Shown: positions 29,701 through 45,500, counted from the stretch's first letter. The stretch is DNA of 64,000 nt from Eledone cirrhosa (GCA_964016885.1 OZ024740.1:28582001-28646000); one strand, 5' to 3'. Numbers and translations are program-made. The notes: a model not told the origin generated them from the sequence alone.

Positions 29701-32700
29701 TAACAGCTGTCTTATATATGTGTCTACTGTGTCAACAGCTGTCTTATATATGTGTCTACTGTGTTAACAGCTGTCTTATATATGTGTCTACTGTGCTAAC
29801 AGCTGTCTTATATATGTGTCTACTGTGTTAACAGCTGTCTTATATATGCGTCTACTGTGTTAACAGCTGTCTTATATATGTGTCTACTGTGTTAACAGCT
29901 GTCTTATATATGCGTCTACTGTGTTAACAGCTGTCTTATATATGTGTCTACTGTGTCAACATCTGTCTTATATATGCGTCTACTGTGTTAACAGCTGTCT
30001 TATATATGTGTCTACTGTGTTAACAGCTGTCTTATATATGCGTCTACTGTGTCAACAGCTGTCTTATATATGCGTCTACTGTGTTAACTGCTGTGTTATA
30101 TATGTGTCTACTGTGTTAACAGCTGTCTTATATATGTGTCTACTGTGTTAACAGCTGTCTTATATATGTGTCTACTGTGTTAACAGCTGTCTTAAATATG
30201 TGTCTACTGTGTTAACAGCTGTCTTATACATGTGTCTACTGTGTCAACAGCGGTGTTATATATGTGTCTACTGTGTTAACAGATGTCTTATATATGTGTC
30301 TACTGTGTCAACAGCTGTCTTATATATGTGTCTACTGTGTTAACAGCTGTCTTATATATGTGTCTACTGTGTCAACAGCTGTGTTATATATGTGTCTACT
30401 GTGTTAACAGCTGTCTTATATATGTGTCTACTGTGCTAACAGCTGTGTTATATATGTGTCTACTGTGTTAACAGCTGTCTTATATATGTGTCTACTGTGC
30501 TAACAGCTGTGTTATATATGTGTCTACTGTGGTAAAAGATGTCTTATATATGTATCTACTGTGCTAACAGCTGTCTTATATATGTGTCTACTGTGTTAAC
30601 AGATATCTTATATATGTGTCTACTGTGTTAACAGCTGTGTTATATATGTGTCTACTGTGTCAACAGCTGTCTTATATATGTGTCTACTGTGTTAACAGAT
30701 GTGCTATATATGTGTGTACTGTGTCAACAGCTGTGTTATATATGTGTCTACTGTGTTAACAGCTGTCTTATATATGTGTCTACTGTGTCAACAGCTGTGT
30801 TATATATGTGTCTACTGTGTTAACAGCTGTCTTATATATGTGTCTACTGTGCTAACAGCTGTCTTATATATGTGTCTACTGTGTTAACAGCTGTCTTATA
30901 TATGTGTCTACTGTGTTAACAGCTGTCTTATATATGTGTCTACTGTGTCAACAGCTGTGTTATATATGTGTCTTCTGTGTAACAGCTGTCTTATATATGC
31001 GTCTACCGTGTTGACTGCTGTGTTATATATGTGTCTACTGTGTTAACAGCTGTCTTATATATGTGTCTACTGTGTTAACAGCTGTCTTATACATGTGTCT
31101 ACTGTGTCAACAGCGGTGTTATATATGTGTCTACTGTGTTAACAGATGTCTTATATATGTGTCTACTGTGTCAACAGCTGTCTTATATGTGTGTCTACTG
31201 TGTTAACAGCTGTCTTATATATGTGTCTACTGTACTAACAGCTGTCTTATATATGTGTCTACTGTGTTAACAGCTGTCTTATATATGCGTCTACTGTGTT
31301 AACAGCTGTCTTATATATGTGTCTACTGTGTTAACAGCTGTCTTATATATGCGTCTACTGTGTTAACAGCTGTCTTATATATGCGTCTACTGTGTCAACA
31401 GCTGTCTTATATATGCGTCTACTGTGTTAACAGCTGTCTTATATATGTGTCTACTGTGTTAACAGCTGTCTTATATATGCGTCTACTGTGTCAACAGCTG
31501 TCTTATATATGTGTCTACTGTGTTAACAGCTGTCTTATATATGCGTCTACTGTGTAAACTGCTGTGTTATATATGTGTCTACTGTGTTAACAGCTGTCTT
31601 ATATATGTGTCTACTGTGTTAACAGCTGTCTTATATATGTGTCTACTGTGTTAACAGCTGTCTTAAATATGTGTCTACTGTGTTAACAGCTGTCTTATAT
31701 ATGTTTCTACTGTGTCAACAGCTGTCTTATATATGTGTCTACTGTGTTAACAGCTGTCTTATATATGTGTCTACTGTGTTAACAGCTGTGTTATATATGT
31801 GTCTACTGTGTAAACAGCTGTCTTATATATGTGTCTACTGTGTTAACAGCTGTCTTATATATGTGTCTACTGTGTTAACAGCTGTCTTACCTATGTGTGT
31901 ACTGTGTCAACAGCTGTGTTATATATGTGTCTACTGTGTTAACAGCTGTCTTATATATGTGTCTACTGTGTTAACAGCTGTCTTATATATGTGTCTTCTG
32001 TGTTAACAGCTGTGTTATATATGTGTCTACTGTGTCAACAGCTGTGTTATATATGTGTCAACTGTGTTAACAGCTGTCTTACATATGTGTGTACTGTGTC
32101 AACAGCTGTGTTATATATGTGTCTACTGTGTTAACAGCTGTGTTATATATGTGTCTACTCTGCTAACAGCTGTCTTATATATGTGTCTACTGTGTCAACA
32201 GCTGTGTTATATATGTGTCTACTGTGTTAACAGCTGTCTTATATATGTGTCTACTGTGTTAACAGCTGTCTTATATATGTGTCTACTGTGTTAACAGCTG
32301 TCTTATATATGCGTCTACTGTGTTAACAGCTGTCTTATATATGCGTCTACTGTGTCAACAGCTGTCTTATATATGCGTCTACTGAGTTAACAGCTGTCTT
32401 ATATATGTGTCTACTGTGTTAACAGCTGTCTTATATATGCGTCTACTGTGTTAACAGATGTCTTATATATGTGTCTACTGTGTCAACAGCTGTCTTATAT
32501 ATGTGTCTACTGTGTTAACAGCTGTCTTATATATGTGTCTACCGTGTTGACTGCTGTGTTATATATGTGTCTACTGTGTTAACAGCTGTCTTATATATGT
32601 GTCTACTGTGTTAACAGCTGTCTTATACATGTGTCTACTGTGTCAACAGCGGTGTTATATATGTGTCTACTGTGTTAACAGATGTCTTATATATGTGTCT

Positions 32701-33700
32701 ACTGTGTCAACAGCTGTCTTATATATGTGTCTACTGTGTTAACAGCTGTCTTATATATGTGTCTACTGTGCTAACAGCTGTCTTATTTATGTGTCTACTG
32801 TGTTAACAGCTGTCTTATATATGCGTCTACTGTGTTAACAGCTGTCTTATATATGTGTCTACTGTGCTAACATCTGTCTTATATATGTGTCTACTGTGCT
32901 AACAGCTGTCTTATATATGTGTCTACAGTGTCAACAGCTGTCTTATATATGTGTCTACTGTGTTAACAGCTGTCTTATATATGTCTCTACTGTGCTAACA
33001 GCTGTCTTCTATATGTGTCTACTGTGTTAACAGCTGTCTTATATATGTGTCTACTGTGTCAACAGCTGTCTTATATATGTGTCTACTGTGCTATCAGCTG
33101 TGTTATATATGTGTCTACTGTGTCAACAGCTGTGTTATATATGTGTCTACTGTGTTAACAGCTGTCTTATATATGTGTCTACTGTGCTAACAGCTGTGTT
33201 ATATATGTGTCTACTGTGTTAACAGCTGTCTTATATATGTGTCTACTGTGCTAACAGCTGTGTTATATATGTGTCTACTGTGTTAACAGCTGTCTTATAT
33301 ATGTGTCTACTGTGTTAACAGCTGTCTTATATATGTGTCTACTGTGTCAACAGCTGTGTTATATATGTGTCTTCTGTGTTAACAGCTGTCTTATATATGC
33401 GTCTACTGTGTTAACTGCTGTGTTATGTATGTGTCTACTGTGTTAACAGCTGTTTTATATATGTGTCTACTGTGTTAACAGCTGTCTTATACATGTGTCT
33501 ACTGTGTCAACAGCTGTGTTATACATGTGTCTACTGTGTTAACAGCTGTCTTATATATGTGTCTACTGTGTCAACAGCTGTCTTATATATGTGTCTACTG
33601 TGTTAACAGCTGTCTTATATATGTGTCTACTGTGCTAACAGCTGTCTTATATATGTGTCTACTGTGTTAACAGCTGTCTTATATATGCGTCTACTGTGTT
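11800..33700. repeat. Satellite sub-domain 2: variable-length higher-order repeat marked by GGTAAAAGATG and a 31-bp monomer
   Basis: GGTAAAAGATG occurs at 12684, 14412, 16235, 17321, 19016, 20423, 22694, 24101, 26692 and 30531. Each is followed by GTATCT, AGATATC and later TTCTGTGTAAC (1-bp deletion) plus TACCGTGTTGACTG. The 62-aa ORF starts show the same spacings. Confidence 0.9.
26692..33690. repeat. Duplicated block with offset 3839 bp (120 monomers minus 1 bp)
   Basis: GGTAAAA at 26692/30531 and ACTGAGTT at 28542/32381. ORF pairs 26860/30699, 27521/31360, 27832/31671 and 28216/32055 all differ by 3839. Confidence 0.9.
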
Positions 33701-36700
33701 AACAGCTGTCTTATATATGTGTCTACTGTGTCAACATCTGTCTTATATATGCGTCTACTGTGTTAACAGCTGTCTTATATATGTGTCTACTGTGTTAACA
33801 GCTGTCTTATATATGCGTCTACTGTGTCAACAGCTGTCTTATATATGCGTCTACTGTGTTAACTGCTGTGTTATATATGTGTCTACTGTGTTAACAGCTG
33901 TCTTATATATGTGTCTACTGTGTTAACAGCTGTCTTATATATGTGTCTACTGTGTTAACAGCTGTCTTAAATATGTGTCTACTGTGTTAACAGCTGTCTT
34001 ATATATGTGTCTACTGTGTCAACAGCTGTCTTATATATGTGTCTACTGTGTTAACAGCTGTCTTATATATGTGTCTACTGTGTTAACAGCTGTGTTATAT
34101 ATGTGTCTACTGTGTTAACAGCTGTCTTATATATGTGTCTACTGTGTTAACAGCTGTCTTACATATGTGTGTACTGTGTCAACAGCTGTGTTATATATGT
34201 GTCTACTGTGTTAACAGCTGTCTTATATATGTGTCTACTGTGTTAACAACTGTCTTATATATGTGTCTTCTGTGTTAACAGCTGTCTTATATATGTGTCT
34301 ACTGTGTTAACAGCTGTGTTATATATGTGTCTTCTGTGTCAACAGCTGTGTTAGATATGTGTCTACTGTGTTAACAGCTGTCTTATATATGTCTCTACTG
34401 TGCTAACAGCTGTCTTATATATGTGTCTACTGTGTTAACAGCTGTCTTATATATGTGTCTACTGTGCTAACAGCCGTCTTATATATGTGTCTACTGTGTT
34501 AACAGATGTCTTATATATGTGTCTACTGTGCTAACAGCTGTCTTATATATGTGTCTACTGTGTTAACAGATGTCTTATATATGTGTCTACTGTGTTAACA
34601 GCTGTGTTATATATGTGTCTACTGTGTCAACAGCTGTCTTATATATGTGTCTACTGTGTTAACAGCTGTGTTATATATGTGTGTACTGTGCTAACAGCTG
34701 TGTTATATATGTGTCTACTGTGTTAACAGCTGTCTTATATATGTCTCTACTGTGTTAACAGCTGTCTTATATATGTGTCTTCTGTGTTAACAGCTGTCTT
34801 ATATATGTCTCTACTGTGCTAACAGCTGTCTTATATATGTGTCTACTGTGTTAACAGCTGTCCTATATATGTGTCTACTGTGCTAACAGCTGTGTTATAT
34901 ATGTGTCTACTGTGTTAACAGCTGTCTTATATATGTGTCTACTGTGCTAACAGCTGTGTTATATATGTGTCGACAGTGTCAACAGCTGTCTTATATATGT
35001 GTCTACTGTGCTAACAGCTGTGTTATATATGTGTCTACTGTGTCAACAGCTGTCTTATATATGTGTCTACAGTGTCAACAGCTGTCTTATATATGTCTCT
35101 ACTGTGTTAACAGCTGTCTTATATATGTCTCTACTGTGCTAACCGCTGTCTTATATATGTGTCTACAGTGTTAACAGCTGTCTTATATATGTGTCTACTG
35201 TGTCAACAGTTGTCTTATATATGTCTCTACTGTGTTAACAGCTGTCTTATATATGTCTCTACTGTGCTAACAGCTGTCTTATATATATGTCTACAGTGTT
35301 AACAGCTGTCTTATATATGTGTCTACTGTGTCAACAGCTGTCTTATATATGTGTCTACTGTGCTAACAGCTGTCTTATATATGTGTCTACTGTGCTAACA
35401 GCTGTCTTATATATGTGTCTACAGTGTCAACAGCTGTCTTATATATGTGTCTACTGTGTTAACAGCTGTCTTATGTATGTCTCTACTGTGCTAACAGCTG
35501 TCTTATATATGTGTCTACTGTGTTAACAGCTGTCTTATATATGTGTCTACTGTGTCAACAGCTGTCTTATATATGTGTCTACTGTGCTATCAGCTGTGTT
35601 ATATATGTGTCTACTGTGTCAACAGATGTGTTATATATGTGTCTACTGTGTTAACAGCTGTCTTATATATGTGTCTACTGTGCTAACAGCTGTGTTATAT
35701 ATGTGTCTACTGTGTTAACAGCTGTCTTATATATGTGTCTACTGTGCTAACAGCTGTCTTATATATGTGTCTACTGTGTCAACAGCTGTGTTATATATGT
35801 GTCTTCTGTGTTAACAGCTGTCTTATATATGCGTCTACTGTGTTAACTGCTGTGTTATATATGTGTCTACTGTGTTAACAGCTGTCTTATATATGTGTCT
35901 ACTGTGTTAACAGCTGTCTTATATATGTGTCTACTGTGTCAACAGCTGTGTTATACATGTGTCTACTGTGTTAACAGCTGTCTTATATATGTGTCTACTG
36001 TGTCAACAGCTGTCTTATATATGTGTCTACTGTGTTAACAGCTGTCTTATATATGTGTCTACTGTGCTAACAGCTGTCTTATATATGTGTCTACTGTGTT
36101 AACAGCTGTCTTATATATGCGTCTACTGTGTTAACAGCTGTCTTATATATGTGTCTACTGTGTTAACAGCTGTCTTATATATGCGTCTACTGTGTTAACA
36201 GCTGTCTTATATATGTGTCTACTGTGTCAACATCTGTCTTATATATGCGTCTACTGTGTTAACAGCTGTCTTATATATGTGTCTACTGTGTTAACAGCTG
36301 TCTTATATATGCGTCTACTGTGTCAACAGCTGTCTTATATATGCGTCTACTGTGTTAACTGCTGTGTTATATATGTGTCTACTGTGTTAACAGCTGTCTT
36401 ATATATGTGTCTACTGTGTTAACAGCTGTCTTATATATGTGTCTACTGTGTTAACAGCTGTCTTAAATATGTGTCTACTGTGTTAACAGCTGTCTTACAT
36501 ATGTGTCTACTGTGTCAACAGCTGTCTTATATATGTGTCTACTGTGTTAACAGCTGTGTTATATATGTGTCTACTGTTTCAACAGCTGTCTTATATATGT
36601 GTCTACTGTGTTAACAGCTGTCTTATATATGTGTCTACTGTGTTAACAGCTGTCTTACATATGTGTGTACTGTGTCAACAGCTCTGTTATATATGTGTCT

Positions 36701-38900
36701 ACTGTGTTAACAGCTGTCTTATATATGTGTCTACTGTGTTAACAGCTGTCTTATATATGTGTCTTCTGTGTTAACAGCTGTCTTATATATGTGTCTACTG
36801 TGTTAACAGCTGTGTTATATATGTGTCTACTGTGTCAACAGCTGTGTTAGATATGTGTCTACTGTGTTAACAGCTGTCTTACATATGTGTGTACTGTGTC
36901 AACAGCTGTGTTATATATGTGTCTACTGTGTTAACAGCTGTCTTATATATGTGTCTACTGTGCTAACAGCCGTCTTATATATGTGTCTACTGTGTTAACT
37001 GATGTCTTATATATGTGTCTACTGTGCTAACAGCTGTCTTATATATGTGTCTACTGTGTTAACAGCTGTCTTATATATGCGTCTACTGTGTTAACAGCTG
37101 TCTTATATATGTGTCTACTGTGTTAACAGCTGTCTTATATATGCGTCTACTGTGTTAACAGCTGTCTTATATATGTGTCTACTGTGTCAACATCTGTCTT
37201 ATATATGCGTCTACTGTGTTAACAGCTGTCTTATATATGTGTCTACTGTGTTAACAGCTGTCTTATATATGCGTCTACTGTGTCAACAGCTGTCTTATAT
37301 ATGCGTCTACTGTGTTAACTGCTGTGTTATATATGTGTCTACTGTGTTAACAGCTGTCTTATATATGTGTCTACTGTGTTAACAGCTGTCTTATATATGT
37401 GTCTACTGTGTTAACAGCTGTCTTAAATATGTGTCTACTGTGTTAACAGCTGTCTTATATATGTGTCTACTGTGTCAACAGCTGTCTTATATATGTGTCT
37501 ACTGTGTTAACAGCTGTCTTATATATGTGTCTACTGTGTTAACAGCTGTGTTATATATGTGTCTACTGTGTTAACAGCTGTCTTATATATGTGTCTACTG
37601 TGTTAACAGCTGTCTTACATATGTGTGTACTGTGTCAACAGCTGTGTTATATATGTGTCTACTGTGTTAACAGCTGTCTTATATATGTGTCTACTGTGTT
37701 AACAGCTGTCTTATATATGTGTCTTCTGTGTTAACAGCTGTCTTATATATGTGTCTACTGTGTTAACAGCTGTGTTATATATGTGTCTTCTGTGTCAACA
37801 GCTGTGTTAGATATGTGTCTACTGTGTTAACAGCTGTCTTATATATGTCTCTACTGTGCTAACAGCTGTCTTATATATGTGTCTACTGTGTTAACAGCTG
37901 TCTTATATATGTGTCTACTGTGCTAACAGCCGTCTTATATATGTGTCTACTGTGTTAACAGATGTCTTATATATGTGTCTACTGTGCTAACAGCTGTCTT
38001 ATATATGTGTCTACTGTGTTAACAGATGTCTTATATATGTGTCTACTGTGTTAACAGCTGTGTTATATATGTGTCTACTGTGTCAACAGCTGTCTTATAT
38101 ATGTGTCTACTGTTTTAACAGCTGTGTTATATATGTGTGTACTGTGCTAACAGCTGTGTTATATATGTGTCTACTGTGTTAACAGCTGTCTTATATATGT
38201 CTCTACTGTGTTAACAGCTGTCTTATATATGTGTCTTCTGTGTTAACAGCTGTCTTATATATGTCTCTACTGTGCTAACAGCTGTCTTATATATGTGTCT
38301 ACTGTGTTAACAGCTGTCCTATATATGTGTCTACTGTGCTAACAGCTGTGTTATATATGTGTCTACTGTGTTAACAGCTGTCTTATATATGTGTCTACTG
38401 TGCTAACAGCTGAGTTATATATGTGTCGACAGTGTCAACAGCTGTCTTATATATGTGTCTACTGTGCTAACAGCTGTGTTATATATGTGTCTACTGTGTC
38501 AACAGCTGTCTTATATATGTGTCTACAGTGTCAACAGCTGTCTTATATATGTCTCTACTGTGTTAACAGCTGTCTTATATATGTCTCTACTGTGCTAACC
38601 GCTGTCTTATATATGTGTCTACAGTGTTAACAGCTGTCTTATATATGTGTCTACTGTGTCAACAGCTGTCTTATATATGTCTCTACTGTGTTAACAGCTG
38701 TCTTATATATGTCTCTACTGTGCTAACAGCTGTCTTATATATGTGTCTACAGTGTTAACAGCTGTCTTAAATATGTGTCTACTGTGTCAACAGCTGTCTT
38801 ATATATGTGTCTACTGTGCTAACAGCTGTCTTATATATGTGTCTACTGTGCTAACAGCTGTCTTATATATGTGTCTACAGTGTCAACAGCTGTCTTATAT
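33690..38900. repeat. Duplicated ~1.75 kb block with offset 3456 bp (108 monomers)
   Basis: GTCGAC at 34969/38425. ORF pairs 33696/37152, 34935/38391 and 35287/38743. The GTCCTATA and CTAACCGC variants are shared. Confidence 0.85.
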
Positions 38901-41900
38901 ATGTGTCTACTGTGCTAACAGCTGTCTTATATATGTGTCTACTGTGTCAACAGCTGTGTTATATATGTGTCTTCTGTGTTAACAGCTGTCTTATATATGC
39001 GTCTACTGTGTTAACTGCTGTGTTATATATGTGTCTACTGTGTTAACAGCTGTCTTATATATGTGTCTACTGTGTTAACAGCTGTCTTATACATGTGTCT
39101 ACTGTGTCAACAGCTGTGTTATACATGTGTCTACTGTGTTAACAGCTGTCTTATATATGTGTCTACTGTGTCAACAGCTGTCTTATATATGTGTCTACTG
39201 TGTTAACAGCTGTCTTATATATGTGTCTACTGTGCTAACAGCTGTCTTATATATGTGTCTACTGTGTTAACAGCTGTCTTATATATGCGTCTACTGTGTT
39301 AACAGCTGTCTTATATATGTGTCTACTGTGTTAACAGCTGTCTTATATATGCGTCTACTGTGTTAACAGCTGTCTTATATATGTGTCTACTGTGTCAACA
39401 TCTGTCTTATATATGCGTCTACTGTGTTAACAGCTGTCTTATATATGTGTCTACTGTGTTAACAGCTGTCTTATATATGCGTCTACTGTGTTAACTGCTG
39501 TGTTATATATGTGTCTACTGTGTTAACAGCTGTCTTATATATGTGTCTACTGTGTTAACAGCTGTCTTATATATGTGTCTACTGTGTTAACAGCTGTCTT
39601 AAATATGTGTCTACTGTGTTAACAGCTGTCTTATATATGTGTCTACTGTGTCAACAGCTGTCTTATATATGTGTCTACTGTGTTAACAGCTGTGTTATAT
39701 ATGTGTCTACTGTTTCAACAGCTGTCTTATATATGTGTCTACTGTGTTAACAGTTGTCTTATATATGTGTCTACTGTGTTAACAGCTGTCTTATATATGT
39801 GTCTACTGTGTTAACAGCTGTCTTATATATGTGTCTTCTGTGTTAACAGCTGTCTTATATATGTGTCTACTGTGTTAACAGCTGTGTTATATATGTGTCT
39901 ACTGTGTCAACAGCTGTGTTAGATATGTGTCTACTGTGTTAACAGCTGTCTTACATATGTGTCTACTGTGTTAACTGATGTCTTATATATGTGTCTACTG
40001 TGCTAACAGCTGTCTTATATATGTGTCTACTGTGTTAACAGATGTCTTATATATGTGTCTACTGTGTTAACAGCTGTGTTATATATGTGTCTACTGTGTC
40101 AACAGCTGTGTTAGATATGTGTCTACTGTGTTAACAGCTGTCTTACATATGTGTGTACTGTGTCAACAGCTCTGTTATATATGTGTCTACTGTGTTAACA
40201 GCTGTCTTATATATGTGTCTACTGTGTTAACAGCTGTCTTATATATGTGTCTTCTGTGTTAACAGCTGTCTTATATATGTGTCTACTGTGTCAACAGCTG
40301 TGTTATATATGTGTCTACTGTGTTAACAGCTGTCTTATATATGTGTCTACTGTGCTAACAGCCGTCTTATATATGTGTCTACTGTGTTAACTGATGTCTT
40401 ATATATGTGTCTACTGTGCTAACAGCTGTCTTATATATGTGTCTACTGTGTTAACAGATGTCTTATATATGTGTCTACTGTGTTAACAGCTGTGTTATAT
40501 ATGTGTCTACTGTGTCAACAGCTGTCTTATATATGTGTCTACTGTGTTAACAGCTGTGTTATATATGTGTGTACTGTGCTAACAGCTGTCTTATATATGT
40601 GTCTACTGTGTTAACAGCTGTCTTATATATGTCTCTACTGTGTTAACAGCTGTCTTATATATGTGTCTACTGTGCTAACAGCTGTCTTATATATGTGTCT
40701 ACTGTGCTAACAGCTGTCTTATATATGTGTCTACAGTGTCAACAGCTGTCTTATATATGTGTCTACTGTGCTAACAGCTGTCTTATATATGTGTCTACTG
40801 TGTCAACAGCTGTGTTATATATGTGTCTTCTGTGTTAACAGCTGTCTTATATATGCGTCTACTGTGTTAACTGCTGTGTTATATATGTGTCTACTGTGTT
40901 AACAGCTGTCTTATATATGTGTCTACTGTGTTAACAGCTGTCTTATACATGTGTCTACTGTGTCAACAGCTGTGTTATACATGTGTCTACTGTGTTAACA
41001 GCTGTCTTATATATGTGTCTACTGTGTCAACAGCTGTCTTATATATGTGTCTACTGTGTTAACAGCTGTCTTATATATGTGTCTACTGTGCTAACAGCTG
41101 TCTTATATATGTGTCTACTGTGTTAACAGCTGTCTTATATATGCGTCTACTGTGTTAACAGCTGTCTTATATATGTGTCTACTGTGTTAACAGCTGTCTT
41201 ATATATGCGTCTACTGTGTTAACAGCTGTCTTATATATGTGTCTACTGTGTCAACATCTGTCTTATATATGCGTCTACTGTGTTAACAGCTGTCTTATAT
41301 ATGTGTCTACTGTGTTAACAGCTGTCTTATATATGCGTCTACTGTGTTAACTGCTGTGTTATATATGTGTCTACTGTGTTAACAGCTGTCTTATATATGT
41401 GTCTACTGTGTTAACAGCTGTCTTATATATGTGTCTACTGTGTTAACAGCTGTCTTAAATATGTGTCTACTGTGTTAACAGCTGTCTTATATATGTGTCT
41501 ACTGTGTCAACAGCTGTCTTATATATGTGTCTACTGTGTTAACAGCTGTGTTATATATGTGTCTACTGTTTCAACAGCTGTCTTATATATGTGTCTACTG
41601 TGTTAACAGTTGTCTTATATATGTGTCTACTGTGTTAACAGCTGTCTTATATATGTGTCTACTGTGTTAACAGCTGTCTTATATATGTGTCTTCTGTGTT
41701 AACAGCTGTCTTATATATGTGTCTACTGTGTTAACAGCTGTGTTATATATGTGTCTACTGTGTCAACAGCTGTGTTAGATATGTGTCTACTGTGTTAACA
41801 GCTGTCTTACATATGTGTCTACTGTGTTAACTGATGTCTTATATATGTGTCTACTGTGCTAACAGCTGTCTTATATATGTGTCTACTGTGTTAACAGATG

Positions 41901-42510
41901 TCTTATATATGTGTCTACTGTGTTAACAGCTGTGTTATATATGTGTCTACTGTGTCAACAGCTGTGTTAGATATGTGTCTACTGTGTTAACAGCTGTCTT
42001 ACATATGTGTGTACTGTGTCAACAGCTCTGTTATATATGTGTCTACTGTGTTAACAGCTGTCTTATATATGTGTCTACTGTGTTAACAGCTGTCTTATAT
42101 ATGTGTCTTCTGTGTTAACAGCTGTCTTATATATGTGTCTACTGTGTCAACAGCTGTGTTATATATGTGTCTACTGTGTTAACAGCTGTCTTATATATGT
42201 GTCTACTGTGCTAACAGCCGTCTTATATATGTGTCTACTGTGTTAACTGATGTCTTATATATGTGTCTACTGTGCTAACAGCTGTCTTATATATGTGTCT
42301 ACTGTGTTAACAGATGTCTTATATATGTGTCTACTGTGTTAACAGCTGTGTTATATATGTGTCTACTGTGTCAACAGCTGTCTTATATATGTGTCTACTG
42401 TGTTAACAGCTGTGTTATATATGTGTGTACTGTGCTAACAGCTGTCTTATATATGTGTCTACTGTGTTAACAGCTGTCTTATATATGTCTCTACTGTGTT
42501 AACAGCTGTC
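38810..42510. repeat. Tandem duplication with period 1856 bp (58 monomers)
   Basis: CAGTTGTC at 39751/41607 and the TTCT marker at 38972/40828. The AACTGATG, GCTCTGTT and AGCCGT markers repeat at the same offset. Confidence 0.85.
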
Positions 42511-45500
42511 TTATATATGTGTCTTCTGTGTTAACAGCTGTCTTATATATGCGTCTACTGTGTTAACAGCTGTCTTATATATGTGTCTACCGTGTCAACA
42601 TCTGTCTTATATATGCGTCTACTGTGTTAACAGCTGTCTTATATATGTGTCTACTGTGTTAACAGCTGTCTTATATATGCGTCTACTGTGTCAACAGCTG
42701 TCTTATATATGCGTCTACTGTGTTAACTGCTGTGTTATATATGTGTCTACTGTGTTAACAGCTGTCTTATATATGTGTCTACTGTGTTAACAGCTGTCTT
42801 ATATATGTGTCTACTGTGTTAACAGCTGTCTTAAATATGTGTCTACTGTGTTAACAGCTGTCTTATATATGTGTCTAATGTGTCAACAGCTGTCTTATAT
42901 ATGTGTCTACTGTGTTAACAGCTGTGTTATATATGTGTCTACTGTTTCAACAGCTGTCTTATATATGTGTCTACTGTGTTAACAGCTGTCTTATATATGT
43001 GTCTACTGTGTTAACAGCTGTCTTACATATGTGTGTACTGTGTCAACAGCTGTGTTATATATGTGTCTACTGTGTTAACAGCTGTCTTATATATCTGTCT
43101 ACTGTGTTAACAGCTGTCTTATATATGTGTCTTCTGTGTTAACAGCTGTCTTATATATGTGTCTACTGTGTTAACAGCTGTGTTATATATGTGTCTACTG
43201 TGTCAACAGCTGTGTTAGATATGTGTCTACTGTGTTAACAGCTGTCTTACATATGTGTGTACTGTGTCAACAGCTGTGTTATATATGTGTCTACTGTGTT
43301 AACAGCTGTCTTATATATGTGTCTACTGTGCTAACAGCCGTCTTATATATGTGTCTACTGTGTTAACAGATGTCTTATATATGTGTCTACTGTGCTAACA
43401 GCTGTCTTATATATGTGTCTACTGTGTTAACAGATGTCTTATATATGTGTCTACTGTGTTAACAGCTGTGTTATATATGTGTCTACTGTGTCAACAGCTG
43501 TCTTATATATGTGTCTACTGTGTTAACAGCTGTGTTATATATGTGTGTACTGTGCTAACAGCTGTGTTATATATGTGTCTACTGTGTTAACAGCTGTCTT
43601 ATATATGCCTCTACTGTGTTAACAGCTGTCTTATATATGTGTCTTCTGTGTTAACAGCTGTCTTATATATGTCTCTACTGTGCTAACAGCTGTCTTATAT
43701 ATGTGTCTACTGTGTTAACAGCTGTCCTATATATGTGTCTACTGTGCTAACAGCTGTCTTATATATGTGTCTACTGTGTTAACAGCTGTCTTATATATGT
43801 GTCTACTGTGTTAACAGCTGTGTTATATATGTGTCTACTGTGCTAACAGCTGTCTTATATATGTGTCTACTGTGCTAACAGCTGTGTTATATATGTGTCG
43901 ACAGTGTCAACAGCTGTCTTATATATGTGTCTACTGTGCTAACAGCTGTCTTATATATGTGTCTACTGTGCTAACAGCTGTGTTATATATGTGTCTACTG
44001 TGTCAACAGCTGTCTTATATATGTGTCTACTGTGCTAACAGCTGTGTTATATATGTGTCTACTGTGTCAACAGCTGTCTTATATATGTGTCTACAGTGTC
44101 AACAGCTGTCTTATATATGTCTCTAATGTGTTAACAGCTGTCTTATATATGTGTCTACTGTGCTAACCGCTGTCTTATATATGTGTCTACAGTGTTAACA
44201 GCTGTCTTATATATGTGTCTACTGTGTCAACAGATGTCTTATATATGTGTCTACTGTGCTAACAGCTGTCTTATATATGTGTCTACTGTGCTAACAGCTG
44301 TCTTATATATGTGTCTACAGTGTCAACAGCTGTCTTTTATATGTGTCTACTGTGTTAACAGCTGTGTTATATATGTCTCTACTGTGCTAACAGCTGTCTT
44401 ATATATGTGTCTACTGCGTTAACAGCTGTCTTATATATGTGTCTACTGTGTCAACAGCTGTCTTATATATGTGTCTACTGTGCTAACAGCTGTGTTATAT
44501 ATGTGTCTACTGTGTCAACAGCTGTGTTATATATGTGTCTACTGTGTTAACAGCTGTCTTATATATGTGTCTACTGTGCTAACAGCTGTGTTATATATGT
44601 GTCTACTGTGTTAAGAGCTGTCTTATATATGTGTCTACTGTGCTAACAGCTGTCTTATATATGTGTCTACTGTGTTAACAGCTGTCTTATATATGTGTCT
44701 ACTGTGTTAACAGCTGTCTTATATATGTGTCTACTGTGTCAACAGCTGTGTTATATATGTGTCTTCTGTGTTAACAGCTGTCTTATATATGCGTCTACCG
44801 TGTTAACTGCTGTGTTATATATGTGTCTACTGTGTTAACAGCTGTCTTATATATGTGTCTACTGTGTTAACAGCTGTCTTATACATGTGTCTACTGTGTC
44901 AACAGCGGTGTTATATATGTGTCTACTGTGTTAACAGATGTCTTATATATGTGTCTACTGTGTCAACAGCTGTCTTATATATGTGTCTACTGTGTTAACA
45001 GCTGTCTTATATATGTGTCTACTGTGCTAACAGCTGTCTTATATATGTGTCTACTGTGTTAACAACTGTCTTATATATGCGTCTACTGTGTTAACAGCTG
45101 TCTTATATATGTGTCTACTGTGTTAACAGCTGTCTTATATATGCGTCTACTGTGTTAACAGCTGTCTTATATATGCGTCTACTGTGTCAACAGCTGTCTT
45201 ATATATGCGTCTACTGTGTTAACAGCTGTCTTATATATGTGTCTACTGTGTTAACAGCTGTCTTATATATGCGTCTACTGTGTCAACAGCTGTCTTATAT
45301 ATGTGTCTACTGTGTTAACTGCTGTGTTATATATGTGTCTACTGTGTTAACAGCTGTCTTATATATGTGTCTACTGTGTTAACAGCTGTCTTATATATGT
45401 GTCTACTGTGTTAACAGCTGTCTTAAATATGTGTCTACTGTGTTAACAGCTGTCTTATATATGTTTCTACTGTGTCAACAGCTGTCTTATATATGTGTCT

